A stretch of 64,000 nt of DNA from a virus (Duplodnaviria; Caudoviricetes), in the IMG/VR virus record IMGVR_UViG_2630968317_000001, positions 1 through 64,000 of that record. One strand, written 5' to 3'. Position numbers and translations under genes: made by a program. Every line of letters begins with the position of its first letter. Position 1 is the first letter of the stretch. This document shows positions 22,827 to 31,855 of this stretch, one piece after another. The notes beneath the pieces were generated by a model. It was not told the origin of the DNA and did not search any database. It was given only the letters and a program-made list of their open reading frames with translations.

Positions 22827-23932
22827 AAGAACCAAAAGCTTTTAAAGTGAATGATAAAGCTCATGCCGATTTGTTTAATGACATGGTCAAAGTACTACTT
22901 GATAATGATACTGAAGTATTAGAGCAGCTCTTAAAACATACAAATGATGGCAGCGTACATGCATCTGAAGAAGAAAAGAAAAAATGGAATGGCTCACAGA
23001 TTTATAAAATAACAGCAGATAACGGTATGCAACTGATAAATATCTCAGCAGATTCAAAAATATTTGATGCGATTAAGGATAAAGGAACATGTACCTTTTA
23101 CGCAGCTTCTGGAGTCGAAGATTCTCCATCATCGTCAAATACAGCACTGAGAGGTATGCAAATAGTAGGGCAAGATAATATTGGGGCAGGTTTTGCGGTA
23201 GATATAAAAGGGAATGCTTACAGTTTTTATTACAATTCTGGTCATACGACTATTACTTGGACACCACTTCCGAGTAAAGAAGATTTAAATAAATGGAATG
23301 GCAGTCAACTAATCAAAATTACAAATGATACGGGTGGAGTTCGTGTATCTGTAGGAGCTACAGAGAGTTTGTTCGATAAAATTACTCAAACTGGAAAAAC
23401 ATTTGGCACATTTTATTCTCCATCTGGGGTACAGGACAATCCTTCAGCTTTATCGGCACGTGGTTTTTATCACTTTACATCTGCCGATAATAATAACAAA
23501 GGGACTTTTGGATGGGTGATTGCTGTAGATTATCGTAATAACGTCTTTACAAATTATCTAGATTTAAATTTAGGCTGGCAGGGCTGGCGAAGATTAATAT
23601 CTCATGCTGATTTTGAAAATGTTCAGTGGCTAGATGTCACACTAGCCAATGGTTCCTCTATTGGAGACAGACCGGTCCAATATGTTAAATGGGGAAACTT
23701 ATTATTGTTGAGGGGCCACCTAATAGCAAATAGAGAAGTGATCTGTGGAAGTATTCCAAATACTGGATTACCCGATAAAGGCATAGTAGTATCAGTTCCA
23801 GTATCAGGTACAACGGGTCATAGTAAATTATATATATATAAGACAGGAGAGCTAAAACTAACTGGTTTACATGCAGTGAACAACAGTGCAGTAACTGGCT
23901 ACTATTTTGACATGGTCGTCCCATTAAATTAA
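22817..23932 (+). CDS. Tail fibre protein 2 (knob repeats)
   Basis: DKAHADLFND N-terminus; KWNGSQ repeated twice. Confidence 0.82.
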   Translation: MDIKEPKAFKVNDKAHADLFNDMVKVLLDNDTEVLEQLLKHTNDGSVHASEEEKKKWNGSQIYKITADNGMQLINISADSKIFDAIKDKGTCTFYAASGVEDSPSSSNTALRGMQIVGQDNIGAGFAVDIKGNAYSFYYNSGHTTITWTPLPSKEDLNKWNGSQLIKITNDTGGVRVSVGATESLFDKITQTGKTFGTFYSPSGVQDNPSALSARGFYHFTSADNNNKGTFGWVIAVDYRNNVFTNYLDLNLGWQGWRRLISHADFENVQWLDVTLANGSSIGDRPVQYVKWGNLLLLRGHLIANREVICGSIPNTGLPDKGIVVSVPVSGTTGHSKLYIYKTGELKLTGLHAVNNSAVTGYYFDMVVPLN

Positions 23933-23944
23933 GGAAGTGATAGT

Positions 23945-24265
23945 ATGATACAAGTTTATGAATACAATCATCAAAATGAATTGGTCAGACCTATTGAAGT
24001 GTTCGAAAGGGATGATGAAGGCAATTATGTCATTCCAGATCAATGTACAACAATTGCACCACCCAATAATCCTTCTTTTTATAAAGCTGCATTTGATGTG
24101 GAAAAACAACAATGGTATGAATCAGCGACACAGGAGTATATAGATAGCCTAAAATCAGCCCCTCTACCGCCCAATGATATAGAGCTTTTGAAAAAACAAA
24201 ATGCTTTGTTATCAAAACAATTAACGCAGCTATTGGCTATGCAGAAAGGGGAAAATTCAGAATGA
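23945..24265 (+). CDS. Fibre chaperone 2
   Basis: CTTIAPP..YKAAFD..WYESATQEYIDSL, then coiled coil. Confidence 0.75.
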   Translation: MIQVYEYNHQNELVRPIEVFERDDEGNYVIPDQCTTIAPPNNPSFYKAAFDVEKQQWYESATQEYIDSLKSAPLPPNDIELLKKQNALLSKQLTQLLAMQKGENSE

Positions 24266-24405
24266 TGTTTCCAACTGTAGCAGATATCAAACAATTTTGG
24301 GACTGGCAGTGTTACAGCCAAGAGGATATTGCTTTTTATGTAAGTATTGGATGGATCTCCGTAGATGACTATCAAGACATAACAGGAGAAACATACCAAG
24401 CCTAA
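24262..24405 (+). CDS. XkdX-family protein 2 (47 aa, not in ORF track)
   Basis: MMFPTVADIKQFWDWQCYSQEDIAFYVSIGWISVDDYQDITGETYQA. Confidence 0.8.
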   Translation: MMFPTVADIKQFWDWQCYSQEDIAFYVSIGWISVDDYQDITGETYQA

Positions 24406-24506
24406 ATGCTTTATTTTTTTGCTCGGAAGAAGGATTGTGGGGAGCAAGATTGAGGTTGGGGTTGTTGTTTTTACATTTCATGTAATTTCAAAAAGGAGAG
24501 ATACCA

Positions 24507-25919
24507 TTGGATATAAAAACTCCTCGTTCTTTTGAAACGAGTGACAAAGCTCATGCTGATCTATTCAACGATATGTTGAAAACATTGCTTCATAACGACA
24601 CTGGTATATCAGAACAATTAACTCTTCATATCGGTGATTCTAGCCAACACTCTTCAGAACTAGAAAAAAAGAAATGGAATGAGTCGCAGCTGTATAAAAT
24701 TACAGGAGATAATGGAGTACAACTTTTAAATATTCCTGCCGGCTCAAAAATCTTTGACTCAATTAAAGACAAAGGGACATGTACATTTTATGCGCCCAGT
24801 GGAATAGAGGATAGCCCTTCACAATTCGCCATTAGAGGGATACAGACAGTGGGACAAAATAACATTGGAACAGGCTTTGCGATAGATACATCAGGCAATG
24901 CATATTACTTCTACTATAATTCTAGCCATTTATCTATCACTTGGACTCAGATTCCGACAGTAGCTGAAAAAGATAAATGGAACAACGGACAGTTATATAA
25001 ATTGACTCAAAACAATGGTAGACCTATTTATAAAGGGGTAAGTGAGACCACTGACTATAACGAAATTACGGAAACAGGAATGTATCTCATTTATAATGCT
25101 GGCCTTAATGGTCCAATAGAGATCAAAAGGGCATTTATGATTGTTATCAGTTATGGAAATACCCTGTTACAAACTATATATGATGCAGTCAATGGTCTGA
25201 ACTCTTTTTATAGAATCAGGAAGACTGACTATACATGGACTGAATGGGAAAGGCAGCTCACATCTACAGATTTAAATGCTATTCAATCGTTTCCTATTAC
25301 TGATATTAATGGACAGGGGAAGGCTTATATCAGAAATACAGAAGATTTCCATGAAGTATTACCAAAGTATCGAGGTTTAGTTCATTTTGCATCTGCAAAT
25401 GCACCAACCAATGGCCCGGGTAATGCGTTAAGGGGGATTTGGACTTGTAATAACACAGGTACGTACGGGCAGGCAATTGGCTTTGACCACTTAAACCGCA
25501 CTTGGCGTAAGACTATGGCGAATGGCGTGTGGTCAAAATGGGAGCGTTTGCTAACCGGTGCAGAGCAACTAGAATGGAAGTCCCCGACAACAATAATAAA
25601 CGGATGGAAACAATACGGTACTCAAAAAGTGCAATTTTATAAGAATCCATTTGGAGAGGTAGAGTTAATGGGTTCTATCACAGGGGGGACTATCGGTTTT
25701 GAAGTACCTGTTTTTACATTGCCAAGTGGTTATCGTCCTATACAGGGAATGCATTTCATAGGGGTAGCATCTAGTATCGGTGCTGGTTCAACACCACAAA
25801 CACACAGGACACATATTGATACTGATGGTAATGTGTATATACAAAGTGTCTCCAATTCAACAAACCCAAATGAATTTATTACTTTCGGCTTTAAATTCAT
25901 GGCGGCACAGGAGGGATGA
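24507..25919 (+). CDS. Tail fibre protein 3 (knob repeats)
   Basis: DKAHADLFND; KWNESQ/KWNNGQ repeats; FTLPSGYRP tip motif. Confidence 0.82.
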   Translation: MDIKTPRSFETSDKAHADLFNDMLKTLLHNDTGISEQLTLHIGDSSQHSSELEKKKWNESQLYKITGDNGVQLLNIPAGSKIFDSIKDKGTCTFYAPSGIEDSPSQFAIRGIQTVGQNNIGTGFAIDTSGNAYYFYYNSSHLSITWTQIPTVAEKDKWNNGQLYKLTQNNGRPIYKGVSETTDYNEITETGMYLIYNAGLNGPIEIKRAFMIVISYGNTLLQTIYDAVNGLNSFYRIRKTDYTWTEWERQLTSTDLNAIQSFPITDINGQGKAYIRNTEDFHEVLPKYRGLVHFASANAPTNGPGNALRGIWTCNNTGTYGQAIGFDHLNRTWRKTMANGVWSKWERLLTGAEQLEWKSPTTIINGWKQYGTQKVQFYKNPFGEVELMGSITGGTIGFEVPVFTLPSGYRPIQGMHFIGVASSIGAGSTPQTHRTHIDTDGNVYIQSVSNSTNPNEFITFGFKFMAAQEG

Positions 25920-26269
25920 AAGTGAACTGGATATATAAATACGACGGAAAATTCAATTACCTTCCAGGGGAAGAAATAGAAATTGAAGGGGACGCAGACA
26001 TCCCAAAAGGATATACAGATGTAAGACCTCAAGATGGTTTGTACAAAGGTAAATACAATGAAACGAAAAGAGCATGGTATGAGTCGGCAACACAAGAATA
26101 CATTGATGGCTTGCAGCCAAAGCCGCTGCCACCATCAGAAATTGATCTATTAAAACAGCAAAATGCTGATCTGCTTCAGCAACTGGCAGAATCAGAAAAG
26201 AGAGTAGAAGAACAATCAAAAACAATATCAGAACTTATCATGTTGCTGAATGAAAAGGGGGTCATTTAA
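25916..26269 (+). CDS. Fibre chaperone 3
   Basis: YTDVRPQDGLYK..WYESATQEYIDGL; paralogue of chaperone 2. Confidence 0.78.
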   Translation: MKVNWIYKYDGKFNYLPGEEIEIEGDADIPKGYTDVRPQDGLYKGKYNETKRAWYESATQEYIDGLQPKPLPPSEIDLLKQQNADLLQQLAESEKRVEEQSKTISELIMLLNEKGVI

Positions 26270-26416
26270 TTGGATTGGTTCCGTAGTATTTCATTGTTCT
26301 ATCAATGGAAGTGTTATGAAAATGAAGATGTAGCAAAATTTGTTCGTTTCGAGAAGATTACGCCGGAACAATACAAAGAAATAACAAGAGAAGAATATCC
26401 AACAAACGCTAAATAG
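26270..26416 (+). CDS. XkdX-family protein 3 (48 aa, not in ORF track)
   Basis: TTG start; MDWFRSISLFYQWKCYENEDVAKFVRFEKITPEQYKEITREEY. Confidence 0.8.
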   Translation: MDWFRSISLFYQWKCYENEDVAKFVRFEKITPEQYKEITREEYPTNAK

Positions 26417-26462
26417 GCGTTTTTATTTTGCCTTCTTTAAAATGGGCAAAGTGAGGGAGTAG

Positions 26463-26684
26463 GTGAGTGCAGTGGAAATGGATTTGACTCAATATTTAAT
26501 GACACAAGGACCGTTTGCGGTGTTGTTTTGTTGGGTGCTGTTTTACGTATTAAACACAACAAAGGAAAGAGAAAACAAGCTCAATGAGCAAATCGAGGCA
26601 CAAAATGATGTGTTAGCAAAGTTTAGTGAAAAGTATGACGTCGTGATCGACAAACTCGACAAAATAGAACGAAATTTAAAATAG
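26463..26684 (+). CDS. bhlA: BhlA/UviB-family holin-like protein
   Basis: [27 protein letters not shown]. Confidence 0.9.
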   Translation: MSAVEMDLTQYLMTQGPFAVLFCWVLFYVLNTTKERENKLNEQIEAQNDVLAKFSEKYDVVIDKLDKIERNLK

Positions 26685-26695
26685 GAGGAAAACTC

Positions 26696-26959
26696 ATGAA
26701 AACATTCGACAAAGGCACTGTGATTCGCACAGTGCTTCTTTTTATTGCTCTGATCAATCAAACGCTTGTCATGTTTGGACAGACGGTGCTGCCGATTAGT
26801 GAGGAGCAAGTACAAACCGCAGGTGAAGCACTTTATGTGGCAGGTTCTACGATTTTTACTATGGTCACAGCCGTTATCGCTTGGTTTAAAAACAATTATG
26901 TGACCTACAAAGGCCAATTACAAAAAGATGCTCTGAAACAAAGAGGGCTAACAAAATAA
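26696..26959 (+). CDS. xhlB: SPP1-family holin
   Basis: [27 protein letters not shown]. Confidence 0.9.
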   Translation: MKTFDKGTVIRTVLLFIALINQTLVMFGQTVLPISEEQVQTAGEALYVAGSTIFTMVTAVIAWFKNNYVTYKGQLQKDALKQRGLTK

Positions 26960-26978
26960 TACTTGAAGGAGAAACGAC

Positions 26979-27782
26979 ATGGTGAAAATCATTCAAGCAT
27001 TGATCCCAAAACAACATCGCAACAGACCAGGAAACACGATGAAGCCGCTCTATATTACGGTGCATAATACGTCAAACAGTGCAAAAGGTGCTAATGCGGC
27101 CAGTCATGCAGCGTTTGTTGCACGTTCAAGTACCGGTGTCAGCTGGCATTACACTGTTGATGATCAGGTGATTTATCAGCATTTACCGTTAAACGAAAAC
27201 GGCTGGCACGCAGGGGATGGCAGAGGCACCGGCAATATGAAGTCAATTGGAATTGAAATTTGTGAAAATGCAGACGGTAACTTTGAACAAGCAGTCGAAA
27301 ATGCCCAATGGCTCATTCGCAAGCTGATAGGAGATTTGGGGATTCCTTTATCAAATGTAGTGCCTCATAAACATTGGAGCGGGAAAGAGTGTCCAAGGAA
27401 ACTTCTCGGACGATGGGATCAGTTTAAAGCTGGCATAGCCACAGCGCATACCGGCAGCAAAAGCACAAGAAAACCAGTTCAGGCAGAAAGCTTGAGCCAC
27501 AAAGCACCCGTTTCCAAACAGAAATCGTCAAACCTGCCATCTGGCATTTTAAAAGTAACCAAGCCCTTAACAAAAGGCCCTCAAGTCACTGCCGTGCAAA
27601 AAGCCTTATCATCCCTCTATTTTTACCCAGACAAAGGGGCAAAAAACAACGGGATTGACGGCTATTATGGACCAAAAACGGCAAATGCGGTCAAACGGTT
27701 TCAGCTTATGAACGGCTTAGCTGCAGACGGAATTTACGGACCGAAGACGAAGAACAAAATCGAACAATTGCTGAAGAAGTGA
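26979..27782 (+). CDS. xlyA: N-acetylmuramoyl-L-alanine amidase endolysin with PG-binding domain
   Basis: ITVHNT, SWHYTVD, WHAGDG, IGIEIC, HKHWSGKECP; DGYYGPKT/DGIYGPKT. Confidence 0.92.
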   Translation: MVKIIQALIPKQHRNRPGNTMKPLYITVHNTSNSAKGANAASHAAFVARSSTGVSWHYTVDDQVIYQHLPLNENGWHAGDGRGTGNMKSIGIEICENADGNFEQAVENAQWLIRKLIGDLGIPLSNVVPHKHWSGKECPRKLLGRWDQFKAGIATAHTGSKSTRKPVQAESLSHKAPVSKQKSSNLPSGILKVTKPLTKGPQVTAVQKALSSLYFYPDKGAKNNGIDGYYGPKTANAVKRFQLMNGLAADGIYGPKTKNKIEQLLKK

Positions 27783-27796
27783 CGATCTTTAAAAAG

Positions 27797-27836
27797 AGCT
27801 ATCAGCAAGTGAGGAAATGCTTCCTTGCTGATAGCT
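27797..27836. terminator. Hairpin ending the late operon
   Basis: Perfect 13-bp inverted repeat AGCTATCAGCAAG/CTTGCTGATAGCT. Confidence 0.7.
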
Positions 27837-27898
27837 AACAAAAAATTACATCATATGTGGTATAATCAACCAAATCACTATCATGAGAGGAGAGAAAA

Positions 27899-28081
27899 AT
27901 GAAAAAAGAACTGTTCCAGATCATCATGCTGTCAGTGCTACTCATCTATTTCATTTATCACGGAATGACGAGCGGTTTTCCTGTATCCTATACAATCATT
28001 CTCATCTTAACTTATCTTTCTGTGATTACATACCGCATCATAAATTTATTAAGAATACGAAAAAACAAAGAACAAGCATAA
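27899..28081 (+). CDS. Small two-TM membrane protein with its own sigmaA promoter
   Basis: TGgTATAAT upstream, RBS GAGGAG; hydrophobic with a basic tail. Confidence 0.65.
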   Translation: MKKELFQIIMLSVLLIYFIYHGMTSGFPVSYTIILILTYLSVITYRIINLLRIRKNKEQA

Positions 28082-28094
28082 GAGATATGTACAT

Positions 28095-28129
28095 AAAAAA
28101 CCATCCTTGATTTCTCAAGAATGGTTTTT
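28095..28129. terminator. Bidirectional terminator downstream of the tRNA 3' end
   Basis: AAAAACCAT..ATGGTTTTT. Confidence 0.75.
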
Positions 28130-28133
28130 CGTA

Positions 28134-28176
28134 TGGAGCATAGCGGGATCGAACCGCTGACCTCTACGCTGCCAGC
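28134..28176 (-). other. att core: 3' half of tRNA-Ala(GGC), prophage boundary
   Basis: Reverse complement GCTGGCAGCGTAGAGGTCAGCGGTTCGATCCCGCTATGCTCCA gives anticodon loop, T arm and acceptor 3' strand; the 5' half is absent. Confidence 0.9.
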
Positions 28177-28207
28177 TTCCACGTCGTTATATCTACGTTG
28201 TTTTTCT

Positions 28208-28261
28208 CCGATAAGTCACCCGTAAAGTCAACTATATCAACGTTAAGTCACCGATAAGTCA
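28208..28261 (+). repeat. Four AAGTCA repeats (CCGATAAGTCA twice); putative integrase arm sites
   Basis: Read directly, 30-85 bp inside the att core. Confidence 0.55.
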
Positions 28262-28327
28262 ATCGTCTCTAAGCGCATTATACCGCATAGGAACGCTACA
28301 CCGCAACTAAATATGGCGCTACCCTGA

Positions 28328-28357
28328 ACCCTCGTCTTAATAGGCGGGGGTTTTTTG
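28328..28357 (+). terminator. Terminator inside the att junction
   Basis: AACCCTCGTCT..AGGCGGGGGTT+TTTT. Confidence 0.75.
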
Positions 28358-28393
28358 CGTTTTATGGGACGATTCAAAAAAAAGTTCAAAACG

Positions 28394-28428
28394 AATGTCC
28401 CGATTTTGATCGATCACATGCGACTGTA
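28394..28428 (+). promoter_or_regulatory. Phage motif copy 1: AATGTCCCGATT-N9-CACATGCGACTGTA
   Basis: Identical blocks and spacing at 37782 and 51310; heads the replication operon. Confidence 0.8.
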
Positions 28429-28458
28429 CTTATGAAAGCGAAAAACGGAGGGGATGGC

Positions 28459-28911
28459 GTGAGTGCTATAAGCAATCGTAATTTTTGCGGATATGCAGCC
28501 GAAAACGTAGTTCGGGCCGACTTAGCTAAGAGAAATATCGTAAGTTTAAGTCCGGACATCCCGTGGGCTCATTACGATTTAGTCGCCGACATAAACGGGG
28601 TATTTACTCGAATTCAAGTTAAAACAAACATAGAACACGACGGTTACCGGATGAAAATAGACAATCGTAAATCGAACGGAGCCAGTCGTCCTTACACTAA
28701 AGAAGATTACGAAGTTCTTGCAATTGTCGATTTAGAAAGTGGCGGAGTTGCGTATCTACCTTACGAAGTTTGGAGAGGTAAGTCGCAAATAAATATCATG
28801 CTTCGAGAGGTTTCGAATATGAAGGGGTACGGAAAGGGTAAACAGCCGTTGTATTTCTCTGATTTTAGCGATTTTCCTAACGAAGTAAAGACGGGCGAGG
28901 TGGTAGCGTGA
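28459..28911 (+). CDS. PD-(D/E)XK endonuclease (group I intron-associated family)
   Basis: GYAAE..YDLVAD..RIQVKT..YTKEDYEVLAIV. Confidence 0.8.
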   Translation: MSAISNRNFCGYAAENVVRADLAKRNIVSLSPDIPWAHYDLVADINGVFTRIQVKTNIEHDGYRMKIDNRKSNGASRPYTKEDYEVLAIVDLESGGVAYLPYEVWRGKSQINIMLREVSNMKGYGKGKQPLYFSDFSDFPNEVKTGEVVA

Positions 28912-29324
28912 CAAACGAACACCAACGGCTCGTCTCCGTAGAAACTCAGTCGGAATATAACTTAACGTCCGGAAAGTCTGAAACGCGTATCTTCGTTAAG
29001 ATGTACGTCGATGCCGTCAAGAAAGGCTTGATCGCGGATATCGGACCCGAACGTTGGCAGACGCTTTGCGTACTATCATCGTTTATGAACGCAAACGGCG
29101 AATGCTACCCGACACAGGACCAAATCGGTGAAGCGCTAAATTTAAGCCGAGTCGCGGCAAATAAACGGATACAATCGCTATGTGAATACCGATGGCAGGG
29201 ACGCCCTCTTGTCGTTAAAAAACAAGGGCGCGAAGGAAAGACTCAGCGGTGGGAGAACGCTCGCTATACGATACTTCCGATTAGTCAACTCGCTATATTT
29301 GACGGAGATACAGAGGAATTATAA
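28908..29324 (+). CDS. wHTH replication initiator, N-terminal type (replisome organiser)
   Basis: LSSFMNANGECYPTQDQIGEALNLSRVAANKRIQSL..NARYTI. Confidence 0.75.
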   Translation: MTNEHQRLVSVETQSEYNLTSGKSETRIFVKMYVDAVKKGLIADIGPERWQTLCVLSSFMNANGECYPTQDQIGEALNLSRVAANKRIQSLCEYRWQGRPLVVKKQGREGKTQRWENARYTILPISQLAIFDGDTEEL

Positions 29325-29500
29325 ACGCCGTGTATCGTCTACCCATATACGGCTGACCCGTACACGGCTCGGCTTTACACTAACTAGAACCATCTTTTAA
29401 CTAGAGCCATTAATAACTAGATAAATAATAGCGCTCAATCAAAACCTTTCGCGCAAATAATTACTTTAAAAGATATATCTATCGCGATAAAAGGATATTT
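29325..29500. other. Putative replication origin
   Basis: CCGTGTAT/ATACGGCT/ACACGGCT boxes, TAACTAGA three times, then an AT-rich tract. Confidence 0.55.
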
Positions 29501-29568
29501 GCAAAGAGTGAGCGTAAGCGAACGAATTGCTACGGTTTAAATAACAAACGAAAAGGAGTCCGATAATC

Positions 29569-29934
29569 ATGACGATTAATATTCCGATCTCACCCGATTA
29601 CCACCTTACATCCGACGTCCATAACATCATCGTAAATGAGCGCTATTTCACCGATCCGACCAAAGCGCCGGGCTGGGCGAAGAAACTGGCCGAAAACCCT
29701 GACGCAGACCCAACGCCGGTCGAGCGCTGGCGAGAAGTTTCGTACCACCCTACGATTGATCGCGCCGTCTTGGACGTAATGAATCGGCGGATCAAAACAT
29801 CGGATGCGACGTCTTTAGCCGAGATTGCACAAATGGTACGGGAATTTCGCACGGAATTAGCGGCGGCATTGACGATTGAGGGCGTTATACTGCCGACAAA
29901 TAAAACGGCTAGGAGGCGGTTAAAACGTGGATAA
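29569..29934 (+). CDS. Hypothetical phage protein
   Basis: ORF with AAGGAG RBS. Confidence 0.7.
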   Translation: MTINIPISPDYHLTSDVHNIIVNERYFTDPTKAPGWAKKLAENPDADPTPVERWREVSYHPTIDRAVLDVMNRRIKTSDATSLAEIAQMVREFRTELAAALTIEGVILPTNKTARRRLKRG

Positions 29935-30154
29935 AACGAATGAGCAAGAAATCGCAGAGTTACGTCAGGCAATGGCGGAGCTTATTGCGGAGAATGAGAC
30001 GTATATGCACCACCTCGCAGAAATTCGCGACATGATGCCGTATGAATTCGATGATGAGAATGCGACCGAACATTTACTCGCAATTACGGGTCCTGAGTAC
30101 GTTAAAGATTACGTTAGATGCTTATTAAACCGAATGAAGGAGGCGTTAAAATGA
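29927..30154 (+). CDS. Hypothetical protein
   Basis: AGGAGG RBS, translationally coupled. Confidence 0.65.
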   Translation: MDKTNEQEIAELRQAMAELIAENETYMHHLAEIRDMMPYEFDDENATEHLLAITGPEYVKDYVRCLLNRMKEALK

Positions 30155-30528
30155 AGCCGGAAATCACGAAAGAGCAGGCGGATGCTATAACATTTTTAAG
30201 AGGACTCGGTAGGGACGACGAATATATTTTGAGTCACTTTGGCGAATACGTCAGGCATTGCGCAGTACTGAACGATTTAAGTCGTGTTTCATTAGCGGCT
30301 GCGTTAATCAACGGATATGAAGTCTCAAAGTCGCCGGAGGAGAAGGTACGAGATTACTACGAATCTAATTACGCCAAACACGAAAGGTCGAAGCCATATA
30401 GTGACGACGATTATTATACGACAGGTGTTTTGACCGGCATCAGTCGGACGCTTGATCTCCTCGACATCAAAATCGAAGGTGTAAACGTCAGACGTGAGGA
30501 GGCGGAGGCGAATGGCTTCGGATACTAA
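30151..30528 (+). CDS. Phage protein (DUF1642-like, ALINGYEV)
   Basis: ITKEQADAI..LAAALINGYEV. Confidence 0.6.
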   Translation: MKPEITKEQADAITFLRGLGRDDEYILSHFGEYVRHCAVLNDLSRVSLAAALINGYEVSKSPEEKVRDYYESNYAKHERSKPYSDDDYYTTGVLTGISRTLDLLDIKIEGVNVRREEAEANGFGY

Positions 30529-30880
30529 GCCTATCGAAAAATGGACGGCACGCGACTTCATCGTCTATCTACACGAACGCCACCTCGAAGTCTACGGCAT
30601 TAAATATGTCGCCAATAATCGCGGCATGGAAGCGCGGAACCTAAAGACGATGATCGCCGAGCATGGGGCGGCTGTCGTACGGGACTTCATTGACGCTTGC
30701 TTTGCGGCTAAGAAACCGACGGCTCAGTGGCCTGGCTGCAACTTCGGCTTTATGTTTTCGTATATGCGCGACCGTCACTTGCCGCCGTTACTCGTAAAGC
30801 AAAAGACGGTTAAGCAGTCGGAGGAAGACGATCAAAGGGCGGCTGCACAGTCGCAAATAAACTACGGGGAGTTGTTTTAG
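30512..30880 (+). CDS. Helical protein, possibly the separated C-terminal domain of the initiator
   Basis: Position upstream of the DnaC-like loader; WTARDF..FIDACF. Confidence 0.5.
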   Translation: MASDTKPIEKWTARDFIVYLHERHLEVYGIKYVANNRGMEARNLKTMIAEHGAAVVRDFIDACFAAKKPTAQWPGCNFGFMFSYMRDRHLPPLLVKQKTVKQSEEDDQRAAAQSQINYGELF

Positions 30881-30881
30881 T

Positions 30882-31691
30882 ATGACGAAATATAAGACGG
30901 AGAAACGTAAGGCACGTGTAGGCGAGCGTATTTTGATTACGGATAAACACGTATTTAGCACAAGGTATAAAAATGGAGATGTTCTGAAGGTAGGTAGCGT
31001 CAAACCTATCGGAGTTATTAGCGGGGAGGGTTTTGCGATTTTTCACACAGAGTACGAAGTCATCGTCGGTGAACACACGCCCACCCCGAACCTGTACGAA
31101 ATGCCCTTCGATGAATTAGTGTCGCTTAGTGAGGACGTAATGAAGGCGATTACAATCCGATCATATAAAAACGGCTACGAACAAGGTCGTTTTGATGCGG
31201 AAATTGAGGCGGCGCATGGCACGTATGAGAAGTCCGATCAGCAGAAACGGGATGAGGTCGTTGAGAAGGCGAAGGAGGACGTAGAATATTTGGTCAGACG
31301 ATGCTTCACAGCTAGAACCGAATTTATCGTTAATGCTGAAAAAAGAACTGCCGTCGCAATACGTAAGGCGTTTGGGAACGGTCGCGTAATCTCTAAAGGA
31401 ATCGCCAAATGCGCACCAAACGACTGCTTCAACGCACACATCGGCAAGGCTATTGCGCTAAGACGTGCGCTAGGGTTACCGGTGCCGGCAGAATATCTAA
31501 ACGTGCCGCAGCCGGAAGAAGTACGTGTAGGTGACGTTATTAATTATCGCAATGCTTACATTCTCAAAGTCGTGAATGACGATATCCAACGCACTGCAAA
31601 ACCAGTTTCAACCGTAAGTATTAGCGCACTTCAAGGCAGCGGCGGCGGTTACGTAATTATTGACGATTCGAGAGCGGGTGAGGGCGAATGA
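30882..31691 (+). CDS. Phage protein with SH3/KOW-like repeats
   Basis: RKARVGERILIT; GIAKCAPNDCFNAHIGKAIALRRAL. Confidence 0.65.
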   Translation: MTKYKTEKRKARVGERILITDKHVFSTRYKNGDVLKVGSVKPIGVISGEGFAIFHTEYEVIVGEHTPTPNLYEMPFDELVSLSEDVMKAITIRSYKNGYEQGRFDAEIEAAHGTYEKSDQQKRDEVVEKAKEDVEYLVRRCFTARTEFIVNAEKRTAVAIRKAFGNGRVISKGIAKCAPNDCFNAHIGKAIALRRALGLPVPAEYLNVPQPEEVRVGDVINYRNAYILKVVNDDIQRTAKPVSTVSISALQGSGGGYVIIDDSRAGEGE

Positions 31692-31855
31692 TTTTCGATG
31701 CCAAGACTATCGAGCCGTATTTAGATTATACGGAAGGGACGTTACGGGTAGTTGAGGGTCGAGATTGTAACGTTTATATATTCGTTGAGAAAAGTAGCGG
31801 AAAGGCCCACGTTCTCAATATTGTAGAAAACTAAACCGAAAGGAGGCGGCTAAGA

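Larger units (their letters stand above)
1..27836 (+). mobile_element. PBSX-like defective prophage / phage-tail-like particle locus (left end outside window)
   Basis: Gene order xtrA-xpf-xtmAB-xkdE..xkdX-holins-amidase follows B. subtilis PBSX; no integrase or replication genes in this part. Confidence 0.93.

Noticed and set aside
21426-26416. Shufflon or diversity-generating retroelement acting on fibres
   Set aside because: All cassettes are full length on one strand with their own starts; no invertase, reverse transcriptase or template repeat is visible.
28134-28176. Functional tRNA-Ala gene
   Set aside because: The acceptor 5' strand and D arm are absent, so it is treated as the att core.
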